From assembly GCA_963851265.1 (NCBI GenBank), contig CAWKNZ010000002.1:1632001-1696000 (forward strand): 64,000 nt of DNA, read 5' to 3'. Below the pieces are notes generated by a model. That model saw nothing but the letters and a program-made list of their open reading frames with translations, was not told the DNA's origin and searched no databases. Positions 59,221 to 64,000 of the stretch are shown here, piece after piece. Within the stretch, counting starts at the first letter, position 1. Each line of letters opens with the position of its first letter. The DNA is from an uncultured Gemmatimonadales bacterium (lineage in GTDB: Bacteria; Gemmatimonadota; Gemmatimonadetes; Gemmatimonadales; Gemmatimonadaceae). The translations under genes and the position numbers were made by a program.

Positions 59221-60092
59221 GCGCAGGCGGCAGTCTCGCGCTCGTCTGCTGGGGGGTTCGCGGCTCGGTTCCGGCGCCGGGTCCGGCGACCGCGCGATAC
59301 GGGGGAAACACGCCGTGCGCCGAAATCCGCGCGGCCGACGGGCGGTTGCTGCTGCTCGACGCGGGCACCGGAATGCGGCCGTTAGGCGCGGCCTGGGGCC
59401 CCGGGCCCGACGTCCCGGACGCGGAGATCGACGTGCTCGTCTCGCACGCGCACGGCGACCACCTGCACGGCCTCGGCTTCTTCGCGCCGTTCGTCGCCGG
59501 GCAGGCCCGCCTCACGCTCCACACCGCGCTGGGACAGGTCGCGGCGATCGAGGCGGGCGTGCGCGCGATCCTGGCCCCGCCGCTCTTCCCCACCATCGAC
59601 GGGCTGCTCGCGCGCGTGCACGTGCGGGGCCTCGATCCCGACGCGACGACCACCGTCGCCGGCTTCGACGTGCGCGCGCTCGAAGCGGCACACCCGGGAG
59701 GAGCCGCCGGCTTCCGTGTCACCGACCCGGACGGGGGTGGCTCGCTGGTGTACCTCCCGGACAACGAACTCGCCGCGGTCGAGACGTTGGGCGGCGGCCG
59801 CGGCGCGCTGCTCGCCGCGATCGCGGACGCCGACCTGCTGATCCACGACGCGACGTACCTGCCGGCCGAGTTGACGAGACATCGGGGGTGGGGGCACTCG
59901 TCGTACGCGGAGGCCGTGCGGCTCGCGTCGGACGCGGCGATCGGGAAGCTCTTGCTGCATCACCACCATCCGTCGCGGGACGACGACGGGGTGGATCGAC
60001 TGCTGCGGGTGGCGAGAGGCCTGGGGGAGGCGGCGCGGCCGGGGGTGGAGGTGGGCGCGGCGACGGAAGGGGAGGTGGTGCGGGTCGCCTGA
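59217..60092 (+). CDS. MBL-fold metallo-hydrolase (putative cyclic-nucleotide phosphodiesterase)
   Basis: WGVRGSVP.PG....RYGGNTPC, DAGTG, SHAHGDH, HPG, HDATY, WGHS, HHHP; GTGA overlap with the crp-like gene. Confidence 0.85.
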   Translation: MSAGGSLALVCWGVRGSVPAPGPATARYGGNTPCAEIRAADGRLLLLDAGTGMRPLGAAWGPGPDVPDAEIDVLVSHAHGDHLHGLGFFAPFVAGQARLTLHTALGQVAAIEAGVRAILAPPLFPTIDGLLARVHVRGLDPDATTTVAGFDVRALEAAHPGGAAGFRVTDPDGGGSLVYLPDNELAAVETLGGGRGALLAAIADADLLIHDATYLPAELTRHRGWGHSSYAEAVRLASDAAIGKLLLHHHHPSRDDDGVDRLLRVARGLGEAARPGVEVGAATEGEVVRVA

Positions 60093-60126
60093 CCCGTTCC
60101 GCGTCTGCGGCTGCGGGCGGGATGCC

Positions 60127-61707
60127 TCAGGCGGGCCCCCAGCCCCCCCCGCCCGGCGTTTCGATCCTCACCACCTCCCCCGCGCGCACCTCCACCCGGC
60201 ACTTCGCGGACAGCGCCGTTTCGCCTAACGCGTTCCGCCCGGTCATCCCGTCCGCGCCGCCGCTTGCCCCCCGCGGCGCCCGCGCCCGCCGCTCGGTGAG
60301 GAGGGTGACCGTACAGGGTGCGAGCGCCCGGTACTCCCGCACGATCCCGTCGCCACCGGCGTGCCGCCCCGCACCGCCCGACCCCTCGCGCACCGCGTAG
60401 CGCTCGACGCGCAGCGGGTAGGCCCGCTCGAGCGCCTCGACCGGCGTGTTGAGCGTGTTACTCATCCCCACGTGCACCCCGGTGGGCCCCGGCCCGCGCG
60501 ACGACGCGCCCTGCCCTCCGCCTAACGTCTCGTAGAACGTCCACGCGCCCCCGCCCGACTCGCCGCCGAAGGTCACGTTGTTCATCGTCCCCTGCCCCTG
60601 GGCGGCCACGTCGAGCCCGGCGGCGGCGAGCGCGGCGAAGATCACGTCGGTGAGTCGCTGCGACATCTCGACGTTCCCCGCCGCGACCGCCGCCCCGCGC
60701 GGCGCGTCCGCCGCGCACCCCGCCGGCACCGTGAGGACGACGGCGCGCCCGACCCCGTCGTTGGTCGGGACGTCGTCGTCGACGAGAGTGCGGACGGCGA
60801 ACACCCCCGCCGCGCGCGCGACCGCTCGCGGGCAGTTCACGTTGCCCCGCACGCGCGGCGACGTGCCCGCGAGGTCCACGTGCAGGCGCCCGTCGCGCAC
60901 CTCGACCGCCGCGCGCACGGGCACGGGCGCGTCGCTCACGCCGTCGCCCTCGAGCGCGTCGTCGGCCACGCCGCGTGCACCCTCGTACCGGGCGAGGCGC
61001 GCGCGCGTGCGCCGTTCCGCGTAGTCGAGCAGTGCTGCGCAGGCCGCGCGCACGCGTGCGCCGCCCTCCCGCGCCCACAGCGCGCGCCACGCGTCGCGCC
61101 CCGCGGCACAGGCCGCGAGCTGCGCGCGCAGGTCGCCGCGGCGCTCCTCGGGCGTGCGGACGTTGGCGAGCACGATCGCGAGTACGTCGGCGTCGGGCGT
61201 GCCCGGCGGATCCGCCTCGGCGCGCACGAGGCGAACCGGCGGCAGCACCAACCCTTCCTGGACGAGCTCCGTCGCGCCCTGCGGCATGCTTCCGGGACTC
61301 ATCCCGCCGACGTCGGCGTGGTGAGCGCGAACGGCCGCAAAGCCGATCAACCGCTCCGCGTCGTCCGGATCGGCGATCACCTCGACGAGCGTGAGGTCGG
61401 GCAGGTGCGACCCACCGGCGAGCGGGTCGTTGAGCAGGAACACGTCGCCCGGGCGCGGGCCGCGCGCGCGCACGGCCGCGACCGCCTCGGGCATCGCGCC
61501 CAGGTGGACGGGGATGTGCGCCGCCTGGGCGACCATCGCGCCGTCCGCGTCAAACAGGGCCGACGACGCGTCGCGCCGCTCGCGGATGTTGGGCGAGAGC
61601 GCCGTGCGTACGAGCAGCGCGCCCATCTCCTCCGCGATCATCGCGAGCGCGTGCCCCCACACCGGGAGGGCGAGCGCGTCGATCGTCTCGTGCCGCTCGG
61701 AATTCAT
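60127..61707 (-). CDS. Hydantoinase B/5-oxoprolinase subunit
   Basis: RTALSPNIRERRD.S, HIPVHLG, NDP..GGSHLPD, HHADVGG..PGSM, QGTMNN, YET.GGG, NTPVE, ETPGGGGWG. Confidence 0.95.
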   Translation of the reverse strand: MNSERHETIDALALPVWGHALAMIAEEMGALLVRTALSPNIRERRDASSALFDADGAMVAQAAHIPVHLGAMPEAVAAVRARGPRPGDVFLLNDPLAGGSHLPDLTLVEVIADPDDAERLIGFAAVRAHHADVGGMSPGSMPQGATELVQEGLVLPPVRLVRAEADPPGTPDADVLAIVLANVRTPEERRGDLRAQLAACAAGRDAWRALWAREGGARVRAACAALLDYAERRTRARLARYEGARGVADDALEGDGVSDAPVPVRAAVEVRDGRLHVDLAGTSPRVRGNVNCPRAVARAAGVFAVRTLVDDDVPTNDGVGRAVVLTVPAGCAADAPRGAAVAAGNVEMSQRLTDVIFAALAAAGLDVAAQGQGTMNNVTFGGESGGGAWTFYETLGGGQGASSRGPGPTGVHVGMSNTLNTPVEALERAYPLRVERYAVREGSGGAGRHAGGDGIVREYRALAPCTVTLLTERRARAPRGASGGADGMTGRNALGETALSAKCRVEVRAGEVVRIETPGGGGWGPA

Positions 61708-61717
61708 CGCGCCTCCG

Positions 61718-63667
61718 TCAGAGTGCCTCGACCCACCAGCCGCCGACGTCGAGCGCGCGCGCCGCCCACCCCGGAGCCACGTACAGCGTCGCGTCGGCGA
61801 GGGCGATCGCGGCAGGTCCGTGTACCACGTCGCCGGGCCGGGTGCGCGCGTCGTCTACCGCGCCCCCTGCGGCGCCCCCGTCTCCGAACACGCGACGCGC
61901 GAACACGGGCGACGCGCCCGGCGTGACGGCTGCGTGCCGCAGGCTCACCACCTCGGCCGCGCGCTCGAGCGTGAACCCGGCGCGCCGCGCGTGCGCCGCC
62001 GCGAACCGCGCGGCCAGCGCCGCGCCGTCGTCGCCGTCGTGCACGGGCACGTCGAGCTCCGCGCCCTGCCCCACGTAGCGGACGCGCGCCCACGTGCGGC
62101 GCTCGGCGCCGCCCCCCGCCGCGGCGGCGGCACGCGCGACGAGACCGCCTAACGCGTCGGCCGGCAGTGCGTCGGCGAACCGCGCGACCCCGACGAGCGC
62201 CTCGCGGCGGTCAGGCGCCGCGGCGAGCCCGACCGCGCTCAGCACCCCCGCGTGCGGCGGCACGAGCACGCGCGTCACGCCGAGCCGCTCGGCGAGCGCG
62301 CAGGCGTGCAGCGGCCCGCCGCCACCGAACGCCACGAGGACCAGTCCGCGCGGGTCGACGCCGCGTTCGACGCTCACGCGCCGCAGCGCACGCGCCATCT
62401 CCGCGTCCGCGGCGGCGACGATGCCCTCCGCGACCGCGCGCACCCGCGCGTCGGGCGCGGCGCGTCCGTCGAGCCGTTCTGCGACGCCCGCCACCGCGGC
62501 GTGCGCGCGCGCGGCGTCGATCGCGACGTTGCCGCTCAGGCGCGACGGCGCGAGGCGGCCGAGGACGACGTGCGCGTCGGTGACGGTCGCGTCCGTGCCG
62601 CCGCGTCCGAACGCCGCGGGCCCCGGCACCGCGCCCGCGCTCCGCGGTCCGACGCGCAGCGCGCCGCCGTCGTCCACCCACGCCACGCTCCCGCCGCCGG
62701 CCGACACCGTGTCGACGAGCACGCGCGGCAGCGCGATCGGCACGCCCGCGACCACGCCGCCCGCCTCGACGAGCGGCTCGCCGTCGAGCACGAGGCCGAC
62801 GTCGGCACTCGTCCCGCCGACGTCGAGCGTGAGCGCGTCGCGCACGCCTAACGCCGCGAGCACCGCGGCCGCGCCGGCCACGCCTCCGGCCGGGCCGGAG
62901 AGCGCGAGCGCCGCCGCGCGCTCCGCGGCCTCGTCGGCGCGCAGCACGCCACCGCCCGACGTCATCACGCCCGGCGCCGGGTACCCCGCGCCGCGCAGTC
63001 GCTCGCCGAGCCGGCGGAGGTAGTGCGCCACGCGCGGGCGCGCGTACGCTTCGGCCGCGGTCGTCGCCGCACGCTCGTACTCGCGCGGCTCCGGGTAGAC
63101 GGTCGATGAGCGCACGACGGGCACCCCGGACGGCAACGCCGCCTCGAGCGCGGCCGCGAGCGCGCGCTCGTGCGCGTCGTGCGCGTACGCGTGCAGCAGC
63201 ACGACCGCGACCGCCTCGGGCGAGCGCCCGCGCACAGCCTCGACGGTCGCGGCGACCGCGGCGGCGTCGAGCGCGCGGACGACCCCGTCCGGGCCCATCC
63301 GCTCCGCCACGCCCACCGCGTCGTCCGCGGCGACCAGCGGCGGCGGGTGGTGGGCGGTGAGGTCGTACAGGCGGGCGCGGTCCTGGCGCCGCAGGCGCAG
63401 CACGTCGGTGTGCCCCGCGGTCGCGCACAGCACCACCCGCGCGCCCGTCCGCTCCAGCAGGAGGTTGGTCACGACCGTGGTGCCGTGCACGACGCGGCCG
63501 ACGCTGGCTGGCGCGAGGCCCGACGCGCCCAACGCATCGAGCACCCCCTCGCTCTGGTCGGCCGGGCGCGTCAGCACCTTCGCGGTCGAGACGCGCCCGT
63601 CGGGCGCGATCGCCGCGAGGTCGGTGAAGGTGCCGCCGACGTCGATCCCGACCGCGACGCCGGTCAC
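61718..63667 (-). CDS. Hydantoinase A/5-oxoprolinase subunit
   Basis: GIDVGGTFTD, HGTT, SGPAGG, DVGGTS, AGGGS, GPRSAGA.PGPA, FGGGGPLHA. Confidence 0.95.
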   Translation of the reverse strand: MTGVAVGIDVGGTFTDLAAIAPDGRVSTAKVLTRPADQSEGVLDALGASGLAPASVGRVVHGTTVVTNLLLERTGARVVLCATAGHTDVLRLRRQDRARLYDLTAHHPPPLVAADDAVGVAERMGPDGVVRALDAAAVAATVEAVRGRSPEAVAVVLLHAYAHDAHERALAAALEAALPSGVPVVRSSTVYPEPREYERAATTAAEAYARPRVAHYLRRLGERLRGAGYPAPGVMTSGGGVLRADEAAERAAALALSGPAGGVAGAAAVLAALGVRDALTLDVGGTSADVGLVLDGEPLVEAGGVVAGVPIALPRVLVDTVSAGGGSVAWVDDGGALRVGPRSAGAVPGPAAFGRGGTDATVTDAHVVLGRLAPSRLSGNVAIDAARAHAAVAGVAERLDGRAAPDARVRAVAEGIVAAADAEMARALRRVSVERGVDPRGLVLVAFGGGGPLHACALAERLGVTRVLVPPHAGVLSAVGLAAAPDRREALVGVARFADALPADALGGLVARAAAAAGGGAERRTWARVRYVGQGAELDVPVHDGDDGAALAARFAAAHARRAGFTLERAAEVVSLRHAAVTPGASPVFARRVFGDGGAAGGAVDDARTRPGDVVHGPAAIALADATLYVAPGWAARALDVGGWWVEAL

Positions 63668-64000
63668 GCGCGCCGGCCCGGGACGGCGGCCGTCGCCTGG
63701 CGCGCGGCCCACGCGAGCGCCGCGGCGAGCGCGACGTTGGCGGGCAGGAGCATCGCGAACAGCTCGCCGCTCCGCTGCCCCACGCCGGGGACGAGGACGA
63801 GAATCGCCCCGAGCACGGTCATCGCCGCGAGCGCCCACGCCGCTCCGGCCGCGCGCGCGCCCCACCGAGCCGCCGCCGGGCCGCGCCGCGCGGCGAGCGC
63901 GCCGACGACGAGCGCGAGCACGATGAAGCCGAGCGTGTTGGCGGCGAGCAGGTTCCAGTTACGCCCCATGTAGGGTGCGTGCTTCGTCACGGTGCCCGCC
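63664..64000 (-). CDS. Membrane protein, C-terminal part (5' end outside window)
   Basis: Three hydrophobic segments after NWNLLAAN; GTGA overlap with hydantoinase A start. Confidence 0.65.
   Translation of the reverse strand, partial: AGTVTKHAPYMGRNWNLLAANTLGFIVLALVVGALAARRGPAAARWGARAAGAAWALAAMTVLGAILVLVPGVGQRSGELFAMLLPANVALAAALAWAARQATAAVPGRRA

Overview
Very GC-rich (about 74-75% by eye) bacterial chromosomal segment. Gene content and order (purH, gltX-lexA, ispE-tRNAGln-prs-rplY-pth-ychF, rpsF-rpsR-DUF2232-rplI-rsfS, smc, aroF-lolA, prfA-prmC-ylbF-tmk-S41 protease, hydantoinase A/B, a PEP-CTERM tail) suggest a Gemmatimonadota (Gemmatirosa-like) genome; this assignment is inference. The window is mostly housekeeping genes plus three tRNAs. 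(1) The strongest unexplained signal is a dispersed non-palindromic octamer, CGTTAGGC/GCCTAACG. I counted 31 exact copies by eye against roughly 2 expected. It is strand-balanced, coincides with rare TTA/CTA Leu codons and supplies five stop codons, which resembles a DNA-uptake-sequence or HIP-like genome signature. (2) A ~3 kb decayed island is bounded by a 22-bp direct repeat of the ychF 3' end. (3) Inside that island, two paralogous small genes each carry an 11-bp tandem repeat just after the ATG, one in frame and one out of frame. All counts and alignments are manual and no database searches were run.
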